64,000 nucleotides of DNA, from NCBI GenBank assembly GCA_964485795.1, contig CAZAJQ010000002.1, forward strand, positions 65,043 to 129,042, in the 5' to 3' direction. The DNA comes from an uncultured Gammaproteobacteria bacterium (GTDB taxonomy: Bacteria > Patescibacteriota > Patescibacteriia > VMEV01 > CAZAJQ01). The translations under genes were made by a program, and so were the position numbers. Positions 1-10,239 of this stretch are shown here, piece after piece (the first letter of the stretch is position 1; every line of letters starts with the position of its first letter). The notes beneath the pieces are model-generated. The model did not search any database. It saw only the letters and a list, made by a program, of their open reading frames with translations, and had not been told where the DNA came from.

Positions 1-1509
1 CAATGCAATGGGAAGGGGCAATGCTCCGGCATTGAGGCGATTGACAAGCTGTTTCGCTTCCGGAACCGTAAAATCTCCGGTGATCACCGCATTGCCATCG
101 GAAATTTCTTGCTGCACGGTGGGAATGCTGATTGGGGTTCCGTCCAAAAAAATCGCCACCGGCTTCTGAATATTTCTTCGAGTGATTTCGCTAAAAAGCT
201 TTTTTCCCTCGTCATTGAATCGCAGCTCAACCTGTATCTCATTGGTATCCGGATGAAATTGTAAACCGCTCGATTCGAGTTCTTTTCCGGAAAGATTCGT
301 ATTTTTCCATTCATCGCGCTGCGGCAATATATCTTCTTTGGCGGTTTTTCTTGCAATGATATGGCGCACCCTATATTGCTCGGAAGGACGATCCTCGATG
401 CGATGAATGAGATGGTATCCAAACTGTGTGAGTATCGGCTCGGAAATCTTACCATTGTCAAGCGAAAACGCGGCGTCTTCAAATTCCTTGACCATAATAC
501 CTCGCTGAAAAAAGCCAAGATCACCTCCAGCGCTATCCGCTCCGGGCTCGGTGGAATGTTCCTTGACCAATGATTCGAAGTTTTCTGGCGATGCCTGACT
601 TTTGAGCTCTAAAATCTTTTTCAACGCTTCGTCTTGCGTGATTTGGCTTTCGCAACCCGTGGATCCTTGATAACAAAGTAAGAGATGGCGCGCATGCACC
701 TCCTTGTCGTCCAGCCGCTCTTCCACTCGCAAAAGAGCAAAGCTGGCGGAATTCTCGATAACTTCCGTGATTTTCCCGACCGATGCTTTTTTGGCCGCAG
801 CGAAATATTCCGGCATATTGGATGTTATCGGGATATCGAGCAATCCTCCGGTTTCCTTGGTGCCGGCATCCTCCGAATATTCTTTGGCAATGTCCTCAAA
901 GGCCACCTGACCGGAAAGAAGTTTCTTCCGCGCTTCATCGATCTTTTTTTTCGCGGCCTCATTGCGCGTTTCCAGTTCTTTCTTTTGCTCGTCACTAAGT
1001 TCGCGGGTATCGGGCGCGTCATTGAGCTCCTTAAACTCGAGCAACGGTGTTTCTCCGATCATGCGAATGGCCTCATGAACATCAGACACTCCAGCCAATT
1101 CCACGATGATCTGATGGTTTCCCGAAACCTGGATATTGGGCTCGGAAACGCCAAACGCATTCACTCGGCGCTCGATGACGTCTCGCGCTCCTTCCAAGGC
1201 TTCGCTTTCGCTTTGCTGACGGATATTGGACACATCCGCTTGATAAATCAAATGCGTCCCGCCCACCAGATCCAATCCCAGTCGATACGATAATGAATTC
1301 CTCGGAAGCTGGACAAAGGAAAACGGCGTGGAACGCAAAGCGGCATTCATCGCGTCTTGCAAGCCATTCCACCGGGCGGGAAAAATGATGGCGACGGAAA
1401 CGCCGCACAGTGCGAGAATGCCAAGTGTTTTCCACAGAAGCTTTTTTCTTGGAACAGCTCTCAAGCGGCTCCACATCCATAATACCGACCTTTTGAATCC
1501 GTAAACCAT
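1..1509 (-). CDS. secD: Protein translocase subunit SecD with inserted parvulin-type PPIase domains (runs off the left window edge; absent from ORF track)
   Basis: Manual translation from ATG 1509: MVYGFKRS…TM…RLGLDLVGGTHLIYQAD…VIERRVNAFGVSEPNIQ…IIVELAG…; then AKEYSED…GG and GGDLGFFQRGIMVKEFEDAAF…ISEPILTQFGYHLI (rotamase); then LRFNDEGKKLFSEITRRNIQKPVAIFLDG…AVITGDFTVPEAKQLVNRLNAGALPLPI (SecD P1). Confidence 0.92.
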   Translation of the reverse strand, partial: MVYGFKRSVLWMWSRLRAVPRKKLLWKTLGILALCGVSVAIIFPARWNGLQDAMNAALRSTPFSFVQLPRNSLSYRLGLDLVGGTHLIYQADVSNIRQQSESEALEGARDVIERRVNAFGVSEPNIQVSGNHQIIVELAGVSDVHEAIRMIGETPLLEFKELNDAPDTRELSDEQKKELETRNEAAKKKIDEARKKLLSGQVAFEDIAKEYSEDAGTKETGGLLDIPITSNMPEYFAAAKKASVGKITEVIENSASFALLRVEERLDDKEVHARHLLLCYQGSTGCESQITQDEALKKILELKSQASPENFESLVKEHSTEPGADSAGGDLGFFQRGIMVKEFEDAAFSLDNGKISEPILTQFGYHLIHRIEDRPSEQYRVRHIIARKTAKEDILPQRDEWKNTNLSGKELESSGLQFHPDTNEIQVELRFNDEGKKLFSEITRRNIQKPVAIFLDGTPISIPTVQQEISDGNAVITGDFTVPEAKQLVNRLNAGALPLPIAL

Positions 1510-1680
1510 AAATCCTAAAAATCTTTTCATACGGGGAATATTAGTGAAAAACAAAAACTTTCTTTTATCAAGAAAGAATCATATTGCCAAAAATTGTAGC
1601 AGGGAAAATTTCTCAAATCAAGACGTCCGTTCTTACCGCGTCGGACTTTGACGATCAAAAGTATGACCGAAAAGCGATTA

Positions 1681-1709
1681 TTGACAGAAAAACTATAAAT
1701 CGCTAGTAT
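1681..1709 (+). promoter_or_regulatory. sigma70-like promoter of rpmA
   Basis: TTGACA-N17-TAGTAT, 31 nt before the ATG. Confidence 0.7.
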
Positions 1710-1740
1710 TTGAGCATAAACATGAATCTGAGATACATCT

Positions 1741-2019
1741 ATGGCAACAAAAAAAGCTGGTGGCTCCACAGCCTTAGGGCGTGATTCGCAGTCCAAACGT
1801 CTGGGCATCAAAATCCATGATGGACAATTCGCCAAGCCCGGCGCCATTATCGTGCGTCAAAGAGGATCCAAAATCCGAGCGGGAAAAAATGTCATGACCG
1901 GAGTGGATTATACGCTTTTTGCAAGCGTCACCGGAAAGGTTCACTTTCGCTCAAAAAAACTCCATTCTTTCACCGGTGCTTTGAAGCAGGCCAAGTTTGT
2001 GGATGTGCTGCCGGCCTAA
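1741..2019 (+). CDS. rpmA: 50S ribosomal protein L27
   Basis: [10 protein letters not shown]…[12 protein letters not shown]…GAIIVRQRG. Confidence 0.97.
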   Translation: MATKKAGGSTALGRDSQSKRLGIKIHDGQFAKPGAIIVRQRGSKIRAGKNVMTGVDYTLFASVTGKVHFRSKKLHSFTGALKQAKFVDVLPA

Positions 2020-2046
2020 ATCGTGAAATTCACTTTTGACGATACC

Positions 2047-2075
2047 AAACGTCCTCTCATGGAGGGGACGTTTTT
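2047..2075 (+). terminator. Intrinsic terminator between convergent rpmA and pyrG
   Basis: AAACGTCCTCTC-ATG-GAGGGGACGTTT stem followed by a T run. Confidence 0.75.
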
Positions 2076-2095
2076 GATTGGCTGCGACAGGTTTT

Positions 2096-3760
2096 TTATG
2101 CGTTCTGTGAGCGCTGTACGCCGGAACGACGTAAGGAATCGCATGCCACCTCGATGAACTTGGCAAACAAAGGATGCGGATGAAGCGGTCGGGATTTAAA
2201 CTCGGGATGAAATTGTACACCCACAAAAAAGGGATGAACATGCACCGGAAGCTCGATGATTTCCACCAAAGTTTCATCCGGAGAAAGACCCGATAAAACC
2301 AAACCCTTTTCGCAAAGCCTTTCCCGATAGGCATTGTTAAATTCATATCGGTGACGATGCCGTTCGGAAATTTGTTTCCTGCCATAGGCCGCTTCCGCCA
2401 AACTGCCTTTTTTCAAAATGCATTCATACGCCCCAAGCCTCATGGTGCCCCCGTATTTTTTTTCCGCCATATACTTCCGCTGAGTAGGCATGATATGGAT
2501 CACCGGGTGATCGGCGGCGTCATCAATCTCGGCGGTATTGGCGTCCTTGATGCCCGCCACGTTGCGAGCGAATTCAATCGTCGCAAGCTGCATGCCGTAA
2601 CACAGTCCGAAGTATGGAATATTATTTATGCGCGCATATTCTATGGCTCGGATTTTACCCTGCACACCGCGAGATCCAAATCCCCCGGGGACAATGATGC
2701 CGTTGTATCCGGAAAGTTCGGAAAGTTTTTCCGAATCCTTTTCATAGCCCCCCGAGTCAAGCCAATCGATCTTTGGCTTGCGGTGCAGATGCCAACATGC
2801 GTGTTTTACCGCCTCTATCACGGATATATAGGAATCCGAAAGCACAAAGTCGCCGGTTTCAAAATATTTCCCCACAATACCGATCTTGATTTCGTTTTTG
2901 GCATCATCAATGTCCGCGAGAAGCTTTCTCCACTGTTTGAGATCTTTTGACCTCGGCTTCATGCCAAAGGACGACAATATTTTATTTCCCAAATCATCTT
3001 CCTCAAAATTGATCGGTACGCGATAGATGGAGTCCACATCGGGAGCTGAAATGACCCGATCGACGCCGACATTGCAAAAGGTCGAAATTTTTTGTTTTCT
3101 TGGAGCGTCAAGCGAGTGCTCTCCTCGGCATACGATGAAATCCGCAAGAATCCCAGCGGAATTCAAGGTACGGGCGGCATACTGCGTGGGTTTGGTTTTC
3201 ATTTCCCCGACATTGGAAGGTACGGGCAGGTAACTCACCATGATAAAAATTACATCCTGAGGAAATTCGCTTTTCATCATTCTTCCGGCTTCCAAAAAAA
3301 GGATGTTTTGATATTCTCCTATGGTTCCTCCGATCTCGACGATCAAAAAATCGGCTTTTGAAATCTCGGCGGCTTTTTTGATGCGCGAAATCACTTCCAT
3401 GGGAATATGCGGCACCACTTCGACGCATTTCCCACCATATTCAAGGTTTCTCTCTTTTTCGATGACGCTCAAATACACTCGACCGGTCGTCATATAATGA
3501 GTCGAAAGAATGTCCTGATCCAGAAATCGTTCATAATTGCCGATATCCTGGTCGGTTTCATCTCCGTCTTCGGTGACAAACACTTCCCCGTGTTCCGTCG
3601 GATTCATGGTACCGGCGTCAACGTTGATGTAGGGATCGATCTTCACCGCCGATACACGAAATCCCTTGCTCTGCAAAATTTTTCCGATGGACGCCGCAGT
3701 AATGCCCTTTCCGACTCCGGACATCACTCCTCCCACGACGAAGATGTATTTGGTGTTCAT
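2096..3760 (-). CDS. pyrG: CTP synthase
   Basis: KYIFVVGGVMSGVGKG, KIDPYINVDAGTMNP, GLCYGMQ, ERHRHRYE, QFHPEF. Confidence 0.98.
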   Translation of the reverse strand: MNTKYIFVVGGVMSGVGKGITAASIGKILQSKGFRVSAVKIDPYINVDAGTMNPTEHGEVFVTEDGDETDQDIGNYERFLDQDILSTHYMTTGRVYLSVIEKERNLEYGGKCVEVVPHIPMEVISRIKKAAEISKADFLIVEIGGTIGEYQNILFLEAGRMMKSEFPQDVIFIMVSYLPVPSNVGEMKTKPTQYAARTLNSAGILADFIVCRGEHSLDAPRKQKISTFCNVGVDRVISAPDVDSIYRVPINFEEDDLGNKILSSFGMKPRSKDLKQWRKLLADIDDAKNEIKIGIVGKYFETGDFVLSDSYISVIEAVKHACWHLHRKPKIDWLDSGGYEKDSEKLSELSGYNGIIVPGGFGSRGVQGKIRAIEYARINNIPYFGLCYGMQLATIEFARNVAGIKDANTAEIDDAADHPVIHIMPTQRKYMAEKKYGGTMRLGAYECILKKGSLAEAAYGRKQISERHRHRYEFNNAYRERLCEKGLVLSGLSPDETLVEIIELPVHVHPFFVGVQFHPEFKSRPLHPHPLFAKFIEVACDSLRRSGVQRSQNA

Positions 3761-3860
3761 AGATGTCTATTCGCAAAAAAAAATTTGAGATGACTCAAGA
3801 TGAAAATGCATCAAAACTTATTGTCAAAGTATACCAGCAGCTCTTCCCTCAAGCAAAAAA

Positions 3861-4826
3861 TCATGCGTCTTTTTTCCCGGACATGACTTCCAAAACTCCC
3901 GAAACGATGTCCACATGCAATGGGGTGAATCCAAACGGTTCTCCGTCGATATGCACGTCGATATTTTCCTCGCTTTCCAGAGAAACTTTTTTTGCCTTTC
4001 GATATTCCACATCCCCGCCCCGATAGTTTCCCAAGATTCCCAGTGAAATTTTCATCATATAGGAAATCAGGGCGGCCGCGCTTTGTTTTTTAAAAATCAC
4101 AATATCAAGGAATCCATCGTCAATCACGGCGTCCGACGTGATTTCAAATTCTCCGGCATAGAAACGCGTATTGCAGATGATCGCAAAAAAACCTTCGGTG
4201 CGAACGGTATCATCGATCATGATGCGAAGCTTTTTGTGACGATAGGTGAAGAAAACTTTCATGACGGCCAGAATATACGCAAAGCTTCCGAACATGCGCT
4301 TGATGCCCGGTCGAACTTCTTTGACGGCCCGAGCGTCAAATCCCACTCCGGCGGCGATGCTGAAATACCGACCGTTGGCGCGCCCAAGATCGATGATTTG
4401 CGGTTTTCCGGAAACGCATATTTCCAAAGCCTCGGTCAATTCAAAAGGAATCTGCATCTGTGCCGCAAAACTGTTTGCCGTTCCCAATGGCAGCACGCCA
4501 AGCCTTGCTTTGCCGCCTGCCATACCATTGATGACTTCATTGATCGTTCCGTCGCCACCTGCCGCAATAATGAGATCTACGCTTAAAATAGCCGCTCCGC
4601 GCGCAAATTCCGTCGCTTCTCCGATTTTTTTTGATTCAAAAATTTCGACGGAGATATTCTTTTTTTGAAAAAAATTCCTGACGGTGTCAAGAATTTCACG
4701 GTTTGATTTTTTCGGCACGTAAAGATTTCCGAGCGTCTTCATGCTGAGCTTCTTCAAAGGCGGAATCCTCCCGCGCATGGAGCCCGCCAATGGATTGAAA
4801 ATCACGGCTACTCTTTTGATGTGCAT
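3861..4826 (-). CDS. Diacylglycerol/lipid kinase family protein (YegS/BmrU-like)
   Basis: FNPLAG, AGGDGTINEVING, PLGTANSFA, IDGE; ATG 4826 preferred over the ORF-track start 4865. Confidence 0.9.
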   Translation of the reverse strand: MHIKRVAVIFNPLAGSMRGRIPPLKKLSMKTLGNLYVPKKSNREILDTVRNFFQKKNISVEIFESKKIGEATEFARGAAILSVDLIIAAGGDGTINEVINGMAGGKARLGVLPLGTANSFAAQMQIPFELTEALEICVSGKPQIIDLGRANGRYFSIAAGVGFDARAVKEVRPGIKRMFGSFAYILAVMKVFFTYRHKKLRIMIDDTVRTEGFFAIICNTRFYAGEFEITSDAVIDDGFLDIVIFKKQSAAALISYMMKISLGILGNYRGGDVEYRKAKKVSLESEENIDVHIDGEPFGFTPLHVDIVSGVLEVMSGKKDA

Positions 4827-4871
4827 AGCGTTTTTTTTCACATTGCGAGAAACGCAAATTTTCAAAACAAA

Positions 4872-5249
4872 TCAACCGAACAATTTTTTCCAAAAATTCG
4901 CCTTTGAAGGCGTTTCGGATATTTTTCCCTTCGACGGCGCAAGCAAGGACCGATGCATGCGCGTAATGCGATAGGCTTCTTTCGTGACAAGCTCGGAATC
5001 ATATTCTGCCGAATGAGCGGTTTGCCCCTCATACATTGCCGCCTTCATATCGAGATGAAGATTTATGGAAAAATCCTTCGATGTTTCGTCCAAAATATAG
5101 ATGTGAAATCGAGGATATTTTGCGCCTCCATGCAAGGTACGTACAAAGCTTACTTTTTTCGTATGAAAATCGCGAATCTGGGTATATCCGCACTTGCGAA
5201 GAAAATTTCGGCTGTTCTGGGTGATATTGCTTTCGTATTTGAGATTCAT
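4872..5249 (-). CDS. Hypothetical protein (YPRFHIY…NLHLD motif)
   Basis: 125-aa ORF in operon position between ctpA and the lipid kinase. Confidence 0.7.
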   Translation of the reverse strand: MNLKYESNITQNSRNFLRKCGYTQIRDFHTKKVSFVRTLHGGAKYPRFHIYILDETSKDFSINLHLDMKAAMYEGQTAHSAEYDSELVTKEAYRITRMHRSLLAPSKGKISETPSKANFWKKLFG

Positions 5250-5286
5250 ACATCGCTCATGAAAAATTTCTATGGCCTCAACGCCT

Positions 5287-6570
5287 TTATTGAGCCTTGC
5301 TGGCAGAAATCTTTTCCTTCACAATATCGCATTGCAAAAAATCCGAAAGGCATTGCTTCATCATCTCAAAAGCAAAATCCAGCTGAGGATCGCGCTCCGC
5401 CTGATAATCTTCCTCAGTCATGGGAACCTTGACGTCCGGGGCGATGCCCATGCCTTCGATCTGACGCGACTTGGGGGTCAACCATTTTGCGATCGTGATT
5501 TTCACGGCCGAGCCGTCGGAAAGTTCGTGAATTTCCTGAACCGTGCCTTTTCCAAACGAGGTTTCTCCGACGAGTACAGCAACTCCATAGTCCTGCATTG
5601 CACCGGCAACGATCTCCGAAGCCGAGGCCGAGGCCTGATTCATGAGGACGATGGTAGGAATTTTCGCGAAAAGCGGAATGCCTTCTGCGGAGTACTTTTC
5701 GATTTTTTCTTCCGAGTACTTTTGCTGGACGACAATCCCTTTTTCCACCCACAAACTCGATACTTCAATGGCCTTGTCCAAATATCCGCCGGGATTATTT
5801 CTCAAGTCAAGAATGATTTTTGGGGATTTCATTTTTAAAATCTGCGGAGCGATCGCATGGAGCATGTCCGAGGTATCGGAATTAAAATGCGAAAGCGTGA
5901 TATGAGCGACTTCATCCTTGATATCGAGCTTGACGCTGATGATGGCTATGGTGTCTCGCACCACGAGAACCTCTCGATTTTGCTGCCCCTCGCGGGCAAG
6001 CAGCAGCTTCAGCGTCGTGCCCTTTTTCCCGCGAATTTTGCGAACGGCCTCTTCGAGCGGCATCTGCGTCGCGTCTTCTCCGTCAATGGCGAGAATGGTG
6101 TCGCCCGAACGTATGCCGGCTTTTTCCGCCGGAGTTCCGGAAAGTGGCGCTATGACGGTCAAAAACCCATTTTTTATGGCTATCTCAATGCCTATGCCTT
6201 CAAAGCTGCCATTGAGCTCTTCGTTGAACTGCTTGTATTTTTCTGGATCAAAAAAGTACGAATACGGATCGCCGATTCCCGCAACCATTCCGCTCATGGC
6301 GCCGTAAAAAAGTTTAGTTTCGGGGAAAGGACGATCAACATGCTGACCGGAAAGCAAATCCCATGTTTTCCAGAAAAGATTAAAATCAACCTTTTTTGAC
6401 AAATATTCCGGAATGGCTTCTTTGTTCTCGACGCTACCATTGCCGTTTTCTCGCAAGATGCGAGATGCTTTCCCCGAATTTCCCAAAAACAATCCAAGCC
6501 CGAAGGCGATGATGAGAAAAACAACAACGGATTTCACGGATAAAGGCTTTGATGACGTAGACATAATCAA
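5287..6570 (-). CDS. ctpA: S41 family C-terminal processing peptidase with PDZ domain
   Basis: N-terminal TM, GDPYS, GIGIEI (PDZ), LDLRNNPGG, SASASEIVAGAMQD, GETSFGKG. Confidence 0.93.
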   Translation of the reverse strand: MIMSTSSKPLSVKSVVVFLIIAFGLGLFLGNSGKASRILRENGNGSVENKEAIPEYLSKKVDFNLFWKTWDLLSGQHVDRPFPETKLFYGAMSGMVAGIGDPYSYFFDPEKYKQFNEELNGSFEGIGIEIAIKNGFLTVIAPLSGTPAEKAGIRSGDTILAIDGEDATQMPLEEAVRKIRGKKGTTLKLLLAREGQQNREVLVVRDTIAIISVKLDIKDEVAHITLSHFNSDTSDMLHAIAPQILKMKSPKIILDLRNNPGGYLDKAIEVSSLWVEKGIVVQQKYSEEKIEKYSAEGIPLFAKIPTIVLMNQASASASEIVAGAMQDYGVAVLVGETSFGKGTVQEIHELSDGSAVKITIAKWLTPKSRQIEGMGIAPDVKVPMTEEDYQAERDPQLDFAFEMMKQCLSDFLQCDIVKEKISASKAQ

Positions 6571-6604
6571 TAATAATGAAAGCTTTGCTCATTTTCTTGC
6601 ATTT

Positions 6605-7870
6605 CTAACCCTGAATTCTTCGGATATCGGCTCCGAGCGTCGTGAGACGCTGATCGATATTTTCATAACCTCGATCGATGTGATGAATATTGTTCAGCTC
6701 CGTGGTGCCTTCCGCTATGAGGGCTGCGATGACCAGCGCCATACCGGCGCGAATATCCGGACTGTCGAGCTTTTTTGCATATAATTTTGTCGGGCCGAGG
6801 ACGATCGCGCGATGTGGATCTGCCAAAATGACATTGGCTCCCATGGAATTGAGTATATCGGTGTAATACAATCTGCCGTCGTAAATCGTTTCATGCACGA
6901 GGCTCATACCCGTGGCTTGAGTGAGAAGCACGGTAAACGGAGCCTGAATATCCGTAATAAATCCAGGATATTCATGGGTCTTGACATTGATCGCCGTCAA
7001 TTTCCCTGATTTTTTTATGATGACCGAGTCTTTTTCACGCTGAAATTTCGCTCCAACCTGCTCGAGATTGGTCCAGAAAACTTCAAGATGATCGGGATTG
7101 CAATTTGTAATGCGCACCTCGCCTCCGCTCAATGCCGCCATCGCGGCAAAAGTGCCGGTTTCGATGCGATCCGGAATGATCGTTGCCGTACCTCCCGACA
7201 ATTTTTTCACTCCCTCGATCACCAAAGTACTCGTGCCAATGCCGCGTATCTTCGCACCGCAGACATTCAAAAAATGGCAAAGCTCTTGAACTTCAGGCTC
7301 GAGCGCGACGTTGATCAAGGTACTGGTACCGTCGGCAACCGTGGCGGCCATAATCATGTTTTCCGTGCCGGTATGGGTCACCCATCGGAACACAAGTTTT
7401 GAAGCTTTGAGTGTTTTCCCTTTTAACTTGAATGAAACGCTGTCGGCCTTTGTGGTTACGCTCACACCCATTTTCTCGAGATTTTCCGTTGTCATGTCAA
7501 TCGGACGTCTGCCAATGGCGTCTCCTCCCGGCAAGGAGAGCTTCACTTCCCCAAATCGAATAAGCAAAGGTACGATAAAGAGAATCGACGCACGCATTTT
7601 TCTCACAAACTCATCCTTGATCAAATGACTTGAAATATTGGCGCAATTGATCACATAAGAATGCGTTCCTTCTTTTTTCACGGATGCGCCCAAATCCACA
7701 AGGATATCGGATGCCACATGAATATCAAGAATGTCAGGGACATTGTGAAGGATAACGTCCTCATCCGTGAGAATGGCCGCCGCAAACATCTTGAGCGCTT
7801 GGTTCTTCGCACCGTATACCGCAATATCACCATGCAGGATATTTTGCCCGGTAATGAGAAATTTCGACAT
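6605..7870 (-). CDS. murA: UDP-N-acetylglucosamine 1-carboxyvinyltransferase
   Basis: GAKN, KMRAS, LPGGDAIGRRPI, PDRIETGT, YPGFITDIQ, PDIRAG, HIDRGYE. Confidence 0.97.
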   Translation of the reverse strand: MSKFLITGQNILHGDIAVYGAKNQALKMFAAAILTDEDVILHNVPDILDIHVASDILVDLGASVKKEGTHSYVINCANISSHLIKDEFVRKMRASILFIVPLLIRFGEVKLSLPGGDAIGRRPIDMTTENLEKMGVSVTTKADSVSFKLKGKTLKASKLVFRWVTHTGTENMIMAATVADGTSTLINVALEPEVQELCHFLNVCGAKIRGIGTSTLVIEGVKKLSGGTATIIPDRIETGTFAAMAALSGGEVRITNCNPDHLEVFWTNLEQVGAKFQREKDSVIIKKSGKLTAINVKTHEYPGFITDIQAPFTVLLTQATGMSLVHETIYDGRLYYTDILNSMGANVILADPHRAIVLGPTKLYAKKLDSPDIRAGMALVIAALIAEGTTELNNIHHIDRGYENIDQRLTTLGADIRRIQG

Positions 7871-7944
7871 ATTTGCTATTATTTTTATAGCTGCATCGTA
7901 TCAGCCTTTGCCGGTTTCTTCAAGCAGGATTTTTCTCATGCCCA

Positions 7945-9390
7945 ATGAAGGAAATGGATGCACGTTTTTTTATCCTTTTTGTTCAATATCTTATGGACAT
8001 CCTCTATCGTCGATTCCTCGTGCTTATTTTTGCTCTCGTCTTTGTGATATCCGCCCCCCTTCTTATCCTCTCCACCGCCGGCTATCGCTACAATGCGAAA
8101 ACCGGAAGTTTTGAAACCACCGGAGTTCTCGTCATCGATACCTTACCCACCAAGGCGGATATTTTCATTAATGATCGACTCAACCGTGAGAAAACCGATA
8201 CCATTCTGACTCGCCTCTATCCGGGGAATTATAACATTCGCATAGAAAAACCCGGTTATCATGCATGGGAAAAAAATCTCTCGATCAAACCCACGCTCTC
8301 GACCTTCATCAAAGACCTGCCGCTGCTTCGCAAAGAATTTCCGCTGCTTCGCGTTTCGGGAACAATACTCGATTACAGGATAGCACCAAACCAAAAATCG
8401 GTCGTTTTTCAAACACAAGAAGCTCCGGAAAAACTCTGGTATTTTTCGGCCGCTGAAAACACACCATTCCTCGTTGCAAAAGACAGTGAGACATTACCGA
8501 TCAGCCTCAGGTTGATAACCTGGAACGAACGCAATGACAGAGCCTTTATTCTCCTGAAACGAGGAACTCAAACACAAGCTTTCGTCTTTGATTCTGCGAA
8601 GATGACGGTAACGCTCATACCGTTTTTGTCCGGCAACGATATTCGAAAATTCGCATGGAACGGAATCTCTCCGTCGGGGTATCTTCTCGAAAACCGATCC
8701 ATTCTTTTTGTCGATTTCGAAAAAAACTTATCGGAAAAATATTTTTCAAATCCCGAGGACGTTTTGCTCGATCTGATGGTTTTTCAATCTTCGGTTTTTG
8801 TACTCACGTTTGATCCCAAAAAATCATCGGGAGCGTTTCAAAAAATTCACATCAGCGAATCGGGAGAAAAAAAAATGCAATCGTTGCTGACGATCGATAT
8901 CAGCGATCAGGCACAATTTACCGATCACATCAATGACGCGTTCATCGTCTCCGACGCGGCGAATGATCGCATGATTGCCATATCCCCGGCCAACGACGCT
9001 TTGCATTCTCAGCAAATTTCCGTCCAACAAACGAATATGGTCATCAAGCATGCCAACAATGAAGGTTCTTTTCTCGCGGGCAATAATCATGAAATACAAT
9101 GGTGGCCGGACGGCATATCGTTTTCTTCTCCCGTCAAAAAAACGCTCCTCCTGCGAACCGGTAAAACGCTCGCATCCGTGAATTTTTCGATTGACGGATA
9201 TTGGATATTGTATGCCACGAAAGATGCCATTCACGCATTGGAATTTGACGGCAGAGATGCCAGAAACGATGTCTCGCTCGTAACCGCCGACAGGTTGGAA
9301 GCTTTTTTCCTCAATAAAAACGGCGATGAAATTTTTTTCCTTGGCAGCTATGACGGCAAAGAAGGCATTTTCTCACTTGATATTCACTAG
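7945..9390 (+). CDS. PEGA-domain membrane-anchored protein with probable beta-propeller C-terminus
   Basis: TM then AGYRYN…TGVLVIDTLPTKADIFIND…LYPGNYNIRIEKPGYHAWEK (PEGA); true start may be MDILYRR. Confidence 0.8.
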   Translation: MKEMDARFFILFVQYLMDILYRRFLVLIFALVFVISAPLLILSTAGYRYNAKTGSFETTGVLVIDTLPTKADIFINDRLNREKTDTILTRLYPGNYNIRIEKPGYHAWEKNLSIKPTLSTFIKDLPLLRKEFPLLRVSGTILDYRIAPNQKSVVFQTQEAPEKLWYFSAAENTPFLVAKDSETLPISLRLITWNERNDRAFILLKRGTQTQAFVFDSAKMTVTLIPFLSGNDIRKFAWNGISPSGYLLENRSILFVDFEKNLSEKYFSNPEDVLLDLMVFQSSVFVLTFDPKKSSGAFQKIHISESGEKKMQSLLTIDISDQAQFTDHINDAFIVSDAANDRMIAISPANDALHSQQISVQQTNMVIKHANNEGSFLAGNNHEIQWWPDGISFSSPVKKTLLLRTGKTLASVNFSIDGYWILYATKDAIHALEFDGRDARNDVSLVTADRLEAFFLNKNGDEIFFLGSYDGKEGIFSLDIH

Positions 9391-10239
9391 ATAACGCTCC
9401 AAGGCATCCTTCCAGTGCGGTTGAACGGGGCATTTTGTATTGCGAAGCTCTGAACGCATCGGACGCCGAGCGGGACGTGTAAGCCGCCCTGAAGGTATGG
9501 GAACGATTTTTACGGCTTCATTTTTCGCCGCCGAGAAAATACTTTCGGCAAAATCATACCAGCTGCATACCCCGTAATTTGAACCGTGATAGATTCCATC
9601 CGGGTACTCTTGAAGTATCAATCGGGTCGTAAAATCGATGATATCCGGAACATAGGTGGGGCAGCTGAATTCATCGTTTACCACCGGAATCTCTCTTTTC
9701 TCGTTCGCAAGCCGCAACATGCTTGACACAAAACTCGATTTGCCGTTTGGGCTGCACTCTTCGCCGCCGAAGAGTCGAGAAATTCGTATCAAATAGTATC
9801 TCTGAGCGTTTGAGAAAACGTTTTTTTCTCCGGCAGCCTTGGATTTCCCGTAGCGATTGACGGGATTTTGCGCAAAATTTTCGACATAACCATGGGTATT
9901 CACCCCGTCAAAAACATAGTCGGTCGAAAAATGAATCAGGAGTATTTTTTTTTCATGGCAGAGCATCGCCAAAAGCTTGGGAAGTTCGGCATTGATACGC
10001 ATCGCTTCGCGAGCATACGCTTCGTCGGTTTCCATCCGATCGACATCATTACACGCCGCGCAATTCATGACGATATCTGGGGAATACGCGATGAAAAGAG
10101 AATGAATTGCTTCGCTCTCAGAAAGATCGGCATCACAACGATCGATGCCGATACACTCATGACCCGAAATGTCTTTTTTGAAAAACGCTGCGCCGAGCAT
10201 TCCGCGACTCCCCAAAATAAGTATCTTTTTGGTTTTCAT
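9373..10239 (-). CDS. rfbD: dTDP-4-dehydrorhamnose reductase family
   Basis: GSRGMLG, STDYVFDG, YGKSK, PTYVPD, SWYDFA, ARRP. Confidence 0.9.
   Translation of the reverse strand: MKTKKILILGSRGMLGAAFFKKDISGHECIGIDRCDADLSESEAIHSLFIAYSPDIVMNCAACNDVDRMETDEAYAREAMRINAELPKLLAMLCHEKKILLIHFSTDYVFDGVNTHGYVENFAQNPVNRYGKSKAAGEKNVFSNAQRYYLIRISRLFGGEECSPNGKSSFVSSMLRLANEKREIPVVNDEFSCPTYVPDIIDFTTRLILQEYPDGIYHGSNYGVCSWYDFAESIFSAAKNEAVKIVPIPSGRLTRPARRPMRSELRNTKCPVQPHWKDALERYLVNIK

Noticed and set aside
84-1480. Several short ORFs in the ORF track at the window start
   Set aside because: All overlap the real secD frame, which the track missed because it has no stop inside the window.
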